Part shown: piece after piece, positions 28,801-38,092 of the stretch
How the letters are laid out: each line of letters opens with the position of its first letter
How positions within the stretch are numbered: the first letter of the stretch is position 1
Sequence record: KJ019152.1
Direction: 5' to 3' (one strand)
Length of the DNA stretch: 64,000 bases
Notes under the pieces: generated by a model
The model's input: only the letters and a program-made list of their open reading frames with translations
What the model was told of the DNA's origin: nothing
The model's database searches: none
Made by a program: the position numbers and the translations under genes

Positions 28801-31800
28801 TGGTAAGTTCTACACTGGTATCACTACCAATGTATTCCCACAGGTATTCACTGACCCCAACATCAAGGTAACCAACGCTGTATATGACGAAGTATCTGGT
28901 GTTATCACCATTACTACTAACAAGGCACACGGACTTACCGCTACCGCACCTGTTCTACTACAGGACCTAAACTTCTCTTGCCTCTCTGGTGGTGTAGGAA
29001 ACACCCCAGGCAACCTTGTATTCCCCAGGAACCAGGAAGTTTATGATGTTGTGTCCGTTCTATCTACTACACAATATACGATCAATGTAGGTCCTTCTGA
29101 CTTCGCTCACGCATATGTTGATGGTGGTACTTCTACCACACAGAACATCACTAAGGCATCCTACAACAAAGGAACTGGTGATCTAACAGTAACCCTAGAC
29201 AAGCAACACGGTTATTCAGTTGGTGATCGTGCTAGTGTGGTTGATCTCCTCTTCTCCTGTCAGTCTGGTGGTCCTAACAACCAACCTGGAACACTTCTAT
29301 TCCCTCGTCCTACTGATGAGTATGAAGTTCTATCCGCAAGTGGTAAGACACTCACAGTTAATGTTGGAGCGTTCCCATCACTAGTTCATACCTATAAGAA
29401 TGGTGGATCACTAACCTATAGTTCTACTGTACTTCCTGTAAGTAACGCAGTTTATGATCAATCAACTGGAGTTCTAACACTTACCACATCAATTGCACTA
29501 GGGGCACCTGTTGGTTCTACCATTAAGATGCAGGGTCTAAACTTCTCCTGTGCCTCTGGTGGTCCTGGTAATGACGCTGGTGCTATTGTATTCCCAAGAC
29601 TAGACACCCCTACCTTCAAGGTTAAGGAAGTCAAGAGTGGTGTATCCTATGTTATCAATGTAGGAACCTCTACACTCTCACACACATATACATCTGGTGG
29701 TTTCTCCTCACTCAAGAAGTTGAAGAACGACCCCAATATTTTCAAAGTTATCGACACCCCAACACCTAGTAAGGTTATTACTAATGTAGGTGTCTCATCT
29801 ATCGTTCATGACTATGTGAGTGGTGGTAATATGTTCGTGGGTATCACCACTAATGTATTCCCTGATGGAACTCGCCCTGATGGAAGTAGGTTCGAAGTTA
29901 TCTCCGCCCTATCACCCAACCAGGCACTCATCAACATCGGTGTTTCTACTATCACCCACAACTACGATAGTGGTGGTAGGATGCAGTATGGTACTACCAA
30001 TGAGAGACCTGTTCTAGACTTCCTATACGATGGTCAGACTGGTATCTCCACTGTAACTATTAGAGGAACTCATGGTTTGAACCAGGGTGACCTAGTGAAA
30101 CTCAGAGGTCTTGAGTTCGCTTGTACTAACTCACCTGGTATTACAACTACTATCTTCCCAGATGGAACTGCCGCTGGTCTCAATATCTACAAGGTTACTG
30201 AGATTATTAGTAACAGTACCTTCAAGACAAATGTAGGTAGAGTTGGATTCGATCATACTTACATCCAAGGTGGTTCCGCTTTCGTTGGTATCACTACTAA
30301 CATCTTCCCAGATGGAACACAAGGTTACAACTATACAGTTGCCGCCATTCCTAATAAGAATCAGGTAACAGTTGATGTGGGTATCTCCAGTATCCAACAT
30401 GATTATATTCGTGGTGGATCACTATTCTCTGGTAAGACTAACGAGAGAGATATCGCAGACTTCAAGTATGATCACATCTCTGGTGATGCGGTTCTTACCT
30501 TCAGAAAGGCACAGAACTTATTCACACAAGATCTAGTAAAACTTAAGAACCTTCAGTTTGATTGTCCAAACTCTACTGGTATCACTACTACTCTCTTCCC
30601 AGACGGAACCAGAAGTAACCTCTTCCTAATCAAGGAGAGACTAAACCCAACACAGTTCAAACTCAATGTTGGCACTTCACCATTCGGTCATGACTATGTG
30701 AGAGGAACAGGTCAGGCATTCGTTGGTATCACTACTAACATCTTCCCTGATACCAAGACACAACCAAGTAAGTTATTCAAGGTTGTTGATGTCCCAACTC
30801 CTACTACTATCTCCGCCAAGATTGGTGTATCCACTATCTCCCACTCATATGTTAAGGGTGGTAAGGTATTCGTTGGTATTAACACTGATATCTTCCCTGG
30901 AGATGAGCAAGTATCACCACTAGGTGACACATATACAGTTCAGAGTATCACTAAAGATGGTGAGTTGGTTATCAATGTTGGACTATCTTCTATCAGTCAC
31001 TCCTATGGTGGCGGTGGTAAGGTTCTATATGGACAGAGTTCTGGTAACAACCTACAACATATCACTGGTCCTGGTGTCCTAGATGCAACCATCGCCGCTG
31101 TGGACTTCGAGAAACAGGTAGCAATCAACGCACTAAACAACAGACCTTGGGGTTCATTCGTTCCTGAAGAGACTGCTGTTGTGGAGGCGTTCGCCTATGA
31201 TAACCAGACTGGTTTCGGAACAGTAACCGCTAGGGGAATCAACGTCAACACTGGTGACACCATCAGGATGAGTGACATTCAGTTTGTTTGTTCTGAGGAG
31301 TACGCAGGTGTAACCACTACCTTCTTCCCTGATAATACTAGACCAGAGGGTCAGTACTTTAGAGTAGAAAGAAGAATCAACATCGATGAGTTTGAAGTTA
31401 ATATTGGTGTTTCTACTATCAAACACGTATTCAACTACGAAACAGGTGGTAACGTATATCGTTACAGACAGTCTATTCTAGATGTTAACTACGATAGATC
31501 CAGTGGTATCACTAGTATCCGAGCAACCAAGCATGGTTACAAGGCAAAAGATATTGTGGAACTAGGTGATATCGAGTTCGATTGTCCCGTATTCAAACCT
31601 CAATATGACATTGAGAACTTTGTTTATGATAACACAACTGGTCTATCCACAGTTACTACTACTGTAGATAACACTATCAAGGTAGGTGACAATGTAAAAC
31701 TAGCAGACATCAAACTAGAGTGTCCTCCATATGGTAACCAGAGAGTTATTGATAACTTTGTTTATGATAACAAGAGTGGTCTTTCCACCATATCACTAAC

Positions 31801-34800
31801 AGCAGCACACGGACTCAACCTAAGACCTAGACCTTCTGTTTCTATCTCTACCGCCCTCTATGATAACCAGACTGGTATCCTAACCGTTACCACCAATGCT
31901 GACATCAACTTCACCGATAGAAGTGGTCAGGGTGTTCAACTCAGTGGTCTAAGGTTCTCCTGTGACTCCGCTGGTTTCCCTGGAACTCTCACCTACCCTG
32001 AAGAGAATCTAGTTTATGATATCCTAGAGATTCAGTCTCCTAGTAAGTTTAAGATTAATGTTGGTCTCTCCACTATCGCTCACGAGTATGTGAATGGTGG
32101 TGCCGCTACTAAGGTTGATAGATTCGATGTGAAACTACAGGGTATCAAGTTTGATTGTCCCGCCTATGGAAACACAATCGATGTTACTAACTTCCTATAC
32201 GATCAGAGAAGTGGTAACTCACTAGTTACCGTAGATAAGGCACACAAACTATCTGTTGGTGATAACATCAAACTAGCGGATCTCAAGTTCCAATGTGCTC
32301 CATATGGTAACGATTACAATGTTCTAAACGCAGATTACGACAACACAACTGGTATTATTACAGTAACCACTAACCAAAACATCAACGGTGTTGGTGTTGG
32401 TGATACTATTCGCCTCTCCAGACTACAGTTTGATTGTGTAGGTAGTGGTCCTGAGTATAATATCACTAACGTATTCTTCAATACTGGTAACAGATCAGTT
32501 ATTCTCACAGTTCCTGAAAGACCAATTGGTCTAAACCCAGGTGATGACATTAAACTAACCAATATGTCATACCTAGAAGGTGGTAGTGGTAATGTAGTTG
32601 CGTATCCAGACGGAAGAGATTCGAGTCTAAACATCTTCCGTATCAATGATGTTCAACCTAACTCCATTCTCCCTGGATACTTCGATGTAACCACAGCGTT
32701 CCCCAATGTTAAGGATCCTTTCGCGATCTTCAACAATACTGGTAGACTAACCACTGGTATTACTACTAACATCTACCCTGAGAATGTAGGTGCTGAAGGT
32801 GGTTTCTATGAAGTTATCCGCCTAAGACAAGATAACCAGTTTGAGATTCAGGTAGGAACCTCTACTATCACTCACAACTATGTGAGACAAGGACAGATGT
32901 TTACTGGTGTAACCACCAACTTCTTCCCTGGTAACCTACAGAACTCACCTAGAGGAAACATCTTTGAGATTGTGGAAGTTCCCACAGCAACACAGGTGAG
33001 AATCAATGTAGGTGTATCTTCTATCTCTCATAGTTATGATAGTGGTGGTCAGATGTTTGTTGGTATTACTACTAACATCTTCCCTGATGGAACCAGAGGT
33101 AACCTATTCCCAGTTGTTGGAGTGGCAAATACTCTCACCCTAAGAATCGACGCTGGTGTATCCAGTATTCCTCACAACTATGTTTCTGGTGGAGAACTAT
33201 TCGTAGGTATTACAACTAATATCTTCCCTGGTAACTCACAGAACTCACCAAGAGGTAGTATCTTCAAGGTTCTATCTAAGGATAACGAGTGTGGTGCTGA
33301 TAGATTCACTATCAATGTTGGTGTATCTTCCATCACTCACGGTTATGTTGAGGGTGGAACAGTCACCACTGGTGTTACAACTAACAAGTTCCCTGATGGA
33401 ACACACGGATTCAAGTTCCCTGTTATCGATGTTCTAGATGACAACTACTTCACCGTGAATGTTGGTACTTCTACTATCACTCACAACTATATCTCTGGTG
33501 GTTTCACTAGAAGACTTGAAGTTCCTATCAATAGTTTCGTATATGATAGAGTTTCTGGTCTATCCACAGTGGGTATCCAAAGTCACAGAATGAATATCGG
33601 TGACCTTGTGAAACTTCGTGATGTGAAGTTCAACTGTGATCCATATGGTGGAGAAAAGACTATCTCTGGTGTTGTTTATGATAATACCTCTGGTAGAATG
33701 ACCGTTAACACCACTGGTTCTCATAGTCTAAACATCAATGATGTTGTGAAACTCTCCAATATTCAGTTGGATTGTTCCCCATATGGTAACGAGAGAACTA
33801 TTACCGCCGCCACCTACAACAGAAACAATGGAAACCTAAGTGTTCAGGTATCTGAACCTCACAACCTCAAGATTAGTGAGAATGTGAAACTTAAAGGTTT
33901 AGAGTTCTCCTGTTCCTCAGAACACGCAGGTGTGACAACAACAATCTTCCCAGATTCAACCGCACCTTCTCTAAACATCTACGCCATCCAGAGTATCACC
34001 AACTCCACAACCTTCATGGTTAATGTTGGAACCTCTACTATCAGTCACAACTATGTTTCTGGTGGTTCCGCTTTCGTAGGTATCACAACTAACATCTTCC
34101 CAGGTGATAGCCAGAACTCCCCCAGAGGTTCTTTCCTCAGTGTGGTAGATATCCCAGCATCAGACGCCTTCGTGGTGAATGTAGGGGTTTCTACTATCTC
34201 TCACGGGTATGTTAGAGGTGGATTGGTTCAGACAGGTATTACAACTGATGTATTCCCTGATGGAACACAGAGTGATTTCTTCAAGATTGAAGATGTCCCT
34301 AGTAATAATACAGTTGTAATCAACGCAGGTATCTCTTCTATCATCCATAGATACAACTCTGGTGGTTTCGCCGCCAAGTATGTTACCTATCAGTCCAATA
34401 ACTCACAACTACTTGATAGTTCTGTTATTAGAGTGAGTGGTGATTGTATGGCAGTTGGTGAGAGAGTTGAAGAACTCGCAGGTATTGTTACCTCCATCAT
34501 CAAGAATGGTCCTTCAATCGCACCTGGTGGTATTCCAGTAGATGTGGTAAGTGCATCCTACGACCAGTCTGGTGGAGCACTATCAGTCACAGTCAAAGAC
34601 GCAATTGACCTCACACCAACTAACATAGTTAGAATCGAAGGTCTTATCTTCGAGTGTGAGTCCTCTGGTGTAACAAACACTCGTGTATATCCTGACAATA
34701 AGGTATTCAACTATGAGGTTCTATCAGTTCAGTCTCCAACAACCTTCACTATCAATGTAGGTTCTCAGGCAGATATCCCACACACATATGTGAATGGTGG

Positions 34801-37705
34801 AACTGTAAGACCAGGTAACAAGTTTGATGTGGCAACCGCAACCTACAATACTGAAAATGGTATTGTGAGAGTTACTACCACTGAAGATAACTACTTGGTT
34901 CTTGGTAGAGGAGTTAACCTACAGGGTCTAAACTTCTCCTGTACCTCTGGTGGTCCTAACAACAAACCTGGAACACTAACCTTCCCCGACAAAACACCAA
35001 CCAATGTAACCGCCGCCACATATGATAGTGTGACTGGTGTATTACGTATCACAACCAACAGACCTCACCAAGCATACAAGGACGCGTTTGTATCCCTAAA
35101 CGGACTAACCTTCACTTGTGATCCAGGTGGTCCTCTAGTATTCCCTAGAAACCCTGATACTAAGTCCTTCAGAGTTACTAAGAGAGTTGATGACTACACA
35201 TATGAGTGTCAGTTGGCACCGACCAATAAGGTTCATACTTATCTAAGTGGTGGTACTTCCTCCACAGGAAACGGAAACTTCAGAGTTTCTCGTCTCATTG
35301 ATACAAAGACCTTCGAAGTCACAATGGTTCCTCTAGATCTACCACATACCTATGTAAATGGTGGTTCCGCCGCTAGTGTATTCACTAGACAGATCATTGA
35401 TGGAATCAACATCAACACTAGGAAGTGTGCTAGAGACGTTAGACGTATCTACCTCGCAGTGGCACACGATATCACTCGTGGTGGTAACTGGAAGTGTGTT
35501 GAAGGAGCGAAACTCTACTACGATAACGTGGGTCAAACCAAGTTTATCTCTGGTGGTGAAGTAAATCAAACCGTTGAGGCACTTGACTTCTCCCTAAACA
35601 TTGTTAGATGTTTAATCAACAACGTAACATGGGGTGGAGTTCCAAGAGGATATCTCACTAAGGGTGAGAGAAGTGAACTAAGAATTCCATCTTCAGCTAA
35701 GACTTCAGTGGTTGGTTTCAGACAACAACTACTTTCCAACCAATACACTACTCAGAAGAAGAGTATTTCTGGTATGGTATACGATAACCTTACGGGTATC
35801 GCAACCGTCACCACTAAACTCTCACATGAACTCATCAAGTATGATGGTATTCAACTCTCAGATATTGAGATGAGATGTACTGGTAGTCCAAGGATTACCA
35901 CCAATGTATTCCCTGATGGAACACAAGGTGAGATCTTTGAGGTTATGGAAACTCTAGATGATAGAGTATCATACATCGTAACTGACGCGTCATACACCAA
36001 CACCACTGGTAAGTTGGTAGTAACAACAACAGGAAACAATGATATTCCTGTTGGATCAAGAGCAAAACTAGATGGTTTACTCTGGACTTGTTCATACGAT
36101 CCTTCAAAACAACTTAAGTTCCCAGAGAACAGGAAGTTCCGTTATGAGGTTATCGCAAAACCAGATGGTACAACACTAGAGTTCAATGTTGGTATCTCTA
36201 CGATTCCACACACATTTGTTCCAGCTCCTATAGATGTTGAATACACAGTCAAGGAGGATCCAGTTAAGTTTAAGGTTCATGTTGGTACAGTTTCCTTCCC
36301 ACACACCTACTTCGGTGGTGGAACAGTATGGCACAAACTACCATTCACTCCACCTTTCACCCAAACACAGATCAAGGACGTATCACAACAGAAAGATCCA
36401 GTCCAGTTCTCTAACAATACTCCTAACGGATGTGCTAATGTATTCTCCGCTATCAGTAATTGTATTGGTGTTGTTACTAGTATCGTAGCAAATGGATTAG
36501 AAGGATCAGGTATCTCCACAACTTATCCAGGTAATGATGGTAAAGGTGTTCCAACTATGGATGAGATGCCTTCACAGGGTGTTGGTAACATTATCAAAGG
36601 TCCATACATCAGAAACTGTACGAACTTCGTTCCCAAGTCTATTGGTATGAGAATGGATGGTTTCGACGCGGAACCTGGTGATGAAATCTCCAATGGTGTT
36701 CAAGGTTCATCTAACGTTGACTCCTTCACCCAGTTCAACCCTGGTGGTGTTGGTTGTTCCATCTCTAACGGAACCTACCAACAGTTGGTTTCTATCTTCA
36801 CTATCTGTTGTGATGAAGCAATCGTATGTGACTCTGGAGCACAACTCGACCTCACTAACTCCAACTCTTCCTTCGGTAGATTGGGTCTAGTCGCAAGAGG
36901 TATTGGTGATAAACTCTCCAAGTGTATCGACAGATATACTGGTATCGTCGCCAAAGAGGCATCAATCGAAGATGACCTAGTTGTTGTGAAGGGTATTGGT
37001 GATAAGAGACCCTACGATGGTCAGGGTATTTTCTTCGGAGAACTCTTCAGGGATGTGGTTAGTATCGAAGTTCTGGACGGTGGTTCAGGTTACAACGATG
37101 ATATTCCACCTAACGCGTTTGTCGCAGAACCTACTGGTCCCGCTGGTATTAAGGCGGAAGTTTCACCAACAGTCAGAGATGGTGTTGTTGTTTCTATCGA
37201 GGTTATCGCAAATGGTAACCAATACAGAGAGAAATTCCCTGAGGTTGTAATATCACCTCCTAAGAGTCCTCTTGGTAGAACCGCAAAAGCAAGGGCAATT
37301 ACCGAACCTCTCTACTATAATGTAGAAAGTTCTTCCCCACCTGAAGAGGGTACAACTAGTATCATTTTCAAACAGCGTCTAAATAATACCGTATCGGTAG
37401 GCACAACTGTATTCTTCTCTAGATTGAGTCTACAGATTGCCTCCTCTCACTCCTTCGAATACATTGGTGCTGGTAACAGCATTAACGGAGCAAGACCTTC
37501 TGAAGGTGGAGTTCCAATTAAGGAAAATGAGATCGTGAAGGAAGACGGTGGTTCAATTGTCTATACCTCCACTGACCAGGCAGGTAACTTTAACATTGGT
37601 GACGATTTCGTTATCAACCAGTTCACTGGTACTATCACTGGTAGATCGTTCGATCAATCAGTCCTAAATAAAGTTACTCCACTCATCATCGCCCTAGACA
37701 GTTAA
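25802..37705 (+). CDS. giant virion structural protein (3967 aa) with nested repeat domains
   Basis: Late promoter; fibre-type N-terminus KRSGVAG...LQLGELGINYNDGKLF; split beta-helix; helical bundles; 31 split repeats. Confidence 0.85.
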   Translation: MISTATKIKFKRSGVAGRRPSLADLQLGELGINYNDGKLFFRQENEVVGSRIIEPGQGDVIGKTIFVSTKGNDNNSGLNERDAKRTVKAAAAVAEPGDSIKLYPGQYIEDNPIVFKDRVSVEGMELRNVLVTPANPSKDLYQVGEAFHATNHSFVSNRDSTDGASIITYRPLEGTASDRYFDAARLIRDNLSFIANETVGFLTSGYSGFAAGQRSQDAARALELNKNFIVEEAFQYINSPDYTGATYFNPDPAQCKRDLGNIIDGWRYDLISDGNTRSTGLGLTYYAPIPFVNSANVADLVYNRNNGDVLIETDVDTQVSVGEKIKLQDIRLECGSYNNDFFITGFKYDNTSGIGTVNLPFIHNVKVGDLVKFDGLEFDCPAYGAIEYGIQDFKYNETTGGSVVTLTEDHDLKIGDTIELRDLQFDCPAYGGDFTNIINLEYNKTSGQGVITYDKPADLKSGDVVILYDLTLTCDAYGNAISVTDFSYDNFTGITEVEVNRPHNLRPGDLIKLENLKFSCDSYLNETYKVSNFVYNESTGDSVLTLTEPHSLVAGKNVRLADLVFSCNSYVPTAKAISDFQYDEVVGISTITLASPHNLSVGEQFRLEDLVFSCNSYSFTDIPIIDAPYDNVTGYVTLSFSGDHGQQVGERVRLRDIEYSCPGGSGITTTLFPDGTFGYEFEILSVPNTKKMILNVGTSTIEHSYVSGGTATVGITTTIFPDGTQGFDFNVSSVNSSTVIEASVGISTIAHNYVSGGSLFVGFTTTVFPDGTQGDTFRVNSIPSSTQISVNVGVSSIAHTFVSGGTATDLDSFIPVSGFTYNEGDGTGLVSLDKAHNLVVGDSFVLEDLKFNCNSYRTGGTSTIDITNFEYDKVTGLSTVTLSSSHNLHVNDTVALYDIKFSCPGGSGITTNIFPDGTRDNFYDVVADLNPNQIIVRVGKSDITHTYASGGSLSVGITTNIFPDGTRPSGDFFQVISVPSTKSVLTQVGLSSIAHSYASGGKFYTGITTNVFPQVFTDPNIKVTNAVYDEVSGVITITTNKAHGLTATAPVLLQDLNFSCLSGGVGNTPGNLVFPRNQEVYDVVSVLSTTQYTINVGPSDFAHAYVDGGTSTTQNITKASYNKGTGDLTVTLDKQHGYSVGDRASVVDLLFSCQSGGPNNQPGTLLFPRPTDEYEVLSASGKTLTVNVGAFPSLVHTYKNGGSLTYSSTVLPVSNAVYDQSTGVLTLTTSIALGAPVGSTIKMQGLNFSCASGGPGNDAGAIVFPRLDTPTFKVKEVKSGVSYVINVGTSTLSHTYTSGGFSSLKKLKNDPNIFKVIDTPTPSKVITNVGVSSIVHDYVSGGNMFVGITTNVFPDGTRPDGSRFEVISALSPNQALINIGVSTITHNYDSGGRMQYGTTNERPVLDFLYDGQTGISTVTIRGTHGLNQGDLVKLRGLEFACTNSPGITTTIFPDGTAAGLNIYKVTEIISNSTFKTNVGRVGFDHTYIQGGSAFVGITTNIFPDGTQGYNYTVAAIPNKNQVTVDVGISSIQHDYIRGGSLFSGKTNERDIADFKYDHISGDAVLTFRKAQNLFTQDLVKLKNLQFDCPNSTGITTTLFPDGTRSNLFLIKERLNPTQFKLNVGTSPFGHDYVRGTGQAFVGITTNIFPDTKTQPSKLFKVVDVPTPTTISAKIGVSTISHSYVKGGKVFVGINTDIFPGDEQVSPLGDTYTVQSITKDGELVINVGLSSISHSYGGGGKVLYGQSSGNNLQHITGPGVLDATIAAVDFEKQVAINALNNRPWGSFVPEETAVVEAFAYDNQTGFGTVTARGINVNTGDTIRMSDIQFVCSEEYAGVTTTFFPDNTRPEGQYFRVERRINIDEFEVNIGVSTIKHVFNYETGGNVYRYRQSILDVNYDRSSGITSIRATKHGYKAKDIVELGDIEFDCPVFKPQYDIENFVYDNTTGLSTVTTTVDNTIKVGDNVKLADIKLECPPYGNQRVIDNFVYDNKSGLSTISLTAAHGLNLRPRPSVSISTALYDNQTGILTVTTNADINFTDRSGQGVQLSGLRFSCDSAGFPGTLTYPEENLVYDILEIQSPSKFKINVGLSTIAHEYVNGGAATKVDRFDVKLQGIKFDCPAYGNTIDVTNFLYDQRSGNSLVTVDKAHKLSVGDNIKLADLKFQCAPYGNDYNVLNADYDNTTGIITVTTNQNINGVGVGDTIRLSRLQFDCVGSGPEYNITNVFFNTGNRSVILTVPERPIGLNPGDDIKLTNMSYLEGGSGNVVAYPDGRDSSLNIFRINDVQPNSILPGYFDVTTAFPNVKDPFAIFNNTGRLTTGITTNIYPENVGAEGGFYEVIRLRQDNQFEIQVGTSTITHNYVRQGQMFTGVTTNFFPGNLQNSPRGNIFEIVEVPTATQVRINVGVSSISHSYDSGGQMFVGITTNIFPDGTRGNLFPVVGVANTLTLRIDAGVSSIPHNYVSGGELFVGITTNIFPGNSQNSPRGSIFKVLSKDNECGADRFTINVGVSSITHGYVEGGTVTTGVTTNKFPDGTHGFKFPVIDVLDDNYFTVNVGTSTITHNYISGGFTRRLEVPINSFVYDRVSGLSTVGIQSHRMNIGDLVKLRDVKFNCDPYGGEKTISGVVYDNTSGRMTVNTTGSHSLNINDVVKLSNIQLDCSPYGNERTITAATYNRNNGNLSVQVSEPHNLKISENVKLKGLEFSCSSEHAGVTTTIFPDSTAPSLNIYAIQSITNSTTFMVNVGTSTISHNYVSGGSAFVGITTNIFPGDSQNSPRGSFLSVVDIPASDAFVVNVGVSTISHGYVRGGLVQTGITTDVFPDGTQSDFFKIEDVPSNNTVVINAGISSIIHRYNSGGFAAKYVTYQSNNSQLLDSSVIRVSGDCMAVGERVEELAGIVTSIIKNGPSIAPGGIPVDVVSASYDQSGGALSVTVKDAIDLTPTNIVRIEGLIFECESSGVTNTRVYPDNKVFNYEVLSVQSPTTFTINVGSQADIPHTYVNGGTVRPGNKFDVATATYNTENGIVRVTTTEDNYLVLGRGVNLQGLNFSCTSGGPNNKPGTLTFPDKTPTNVTAATYDSVTGVLRITTNRPHQAYKDAFVSLNGLTFTCDPGGPLVFPRNPDTKSFRVTKRVDDYTYECQLAPTNKVHTYLSGGTSSTGNGNFRVSRLIDTKTFEVTMVPLDLPHTYVNGGSAASVFTRQIIDGININTRKCARDVRRIYLAVAHDITRGGNWKCVEGAKLYYDNVGQTKFISGGEVNQTVEALDFSLNIVRCLINNVTWGGVPRGYLTKGERSELRIPSSAKTSVVGFRQQLLSNQYTTQKKSISGMVYDNLTGIATVTTKLSHELIKYDGIQLSDIEMRCTGSPRITTNVFPDGTQGEIFEVMETLDDRVSYIVTDASYTNTTGKLVVTTTGNNDIPVGSRAKLDGLLWTCSYDPSKQLKFPENRKFRYEVIAKPDGTTLEFNVGISTIPHTFVPAPIDVEYTVKEDPVKFKVHVGTVSFPHTYFGGGTVWHKLPFTPPFTQTQIKDVSQQKDPVQFSNNTPNGCANVFSAISNCIGVVTSIVANGLEGSGISTTYPGNDGKGVPTMDEMPSQGVGNIIKGPYIRNCTNFVPKSIGMRMDGFDAEPGDEISNGVQGSSNVDSFTQFNPGGVGCSISNGTYQQLVSIFTICCDEAIVCDSGAQLDLTNSNSSFGRLGLVARGIGDKLSKCIDRYTGIVAKEASIEDDLVVVKGIGDKRPYDGQGIFFGELFRDVVSIEVLDGGSGYNDDIPPNAFVAEPTGPAGIKAEVSPTVRDGVVVSIEVIANGNQYREKFPEVVISPPKSPLGRTAKARAITEPLYYNVESSSPPEEGTTSIIFKQRLNNTVSVGTTVFFSRLSLQIASSHSFEYIGAGNSINGARPSEGGVPIKENEIVKEDGGSIVYTSTDQAGNFNIGDDFVINQFTGTITGRSFDQSVLNKVTPLIIALDS
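26680..36340 (+). repeat. 31 A-halves (YDxxTG...HxLxxGDxVxLxDLxFxC) and 31 B-halves (GITTxxFPDG...VNVGxSxIxHxYxxGG) in four blocks
   Basis: Hand parse: 15, 11, 3 and 2 pairs at about 26680-31030, 31170-34380, 34530-35380 and 35750-36340. Confidence 0.85.
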
Positions 37706-37709
37706 GATC

Positions 37710-38060
37710 ATGGCAGCAGTTGCTTTAAATACGTTCAAAACGGTCAGGCATTTAGTTTCTGATTCCAATGTGGGGATTTATACATCCCCCATTGGTGTTG
37801 CCTCTATTGTCCTATACGCTCAGGCGACACACGTTGCGAACGATGAAAGTGTATATTTCATTAACTTTTCACATGCTCGTCCCGACGAGGATCCTGTGCA
37901 GTTTGAAATCATTAAGGATGGTCCAGTTATCCCTAATGACGCACTAAACCTATTAACAGGTAGATTAGTTCTCGAAACTGGAGACGAACTTAGAGTATCA
38001 GGAAATACGACCGGAGATGTGAAGGTTGTTGTTTCTATTCTAGAGACTGCAAAGTCTTAA
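37710..38060 (+). CDS. small structural protein coupled to the giant gene
   Basis: 116 aa, predicted beta-rich; 4 bp after the giant gene stop. Confidence 0.65.
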   Translation: MAAVALNTFKTVRHLVSDSNVGIYTSPIGVASIVLYAQATHVANDESVYFINFSHARPDEDPVQFEIIKDGPVIPNDALNLLTGRLVLETGDELRVSGNTTGDVKVVVSILETAKS

Positions 38061-38092
38061 TAGCATAACACACACACCCAAAGCGTAGACCA

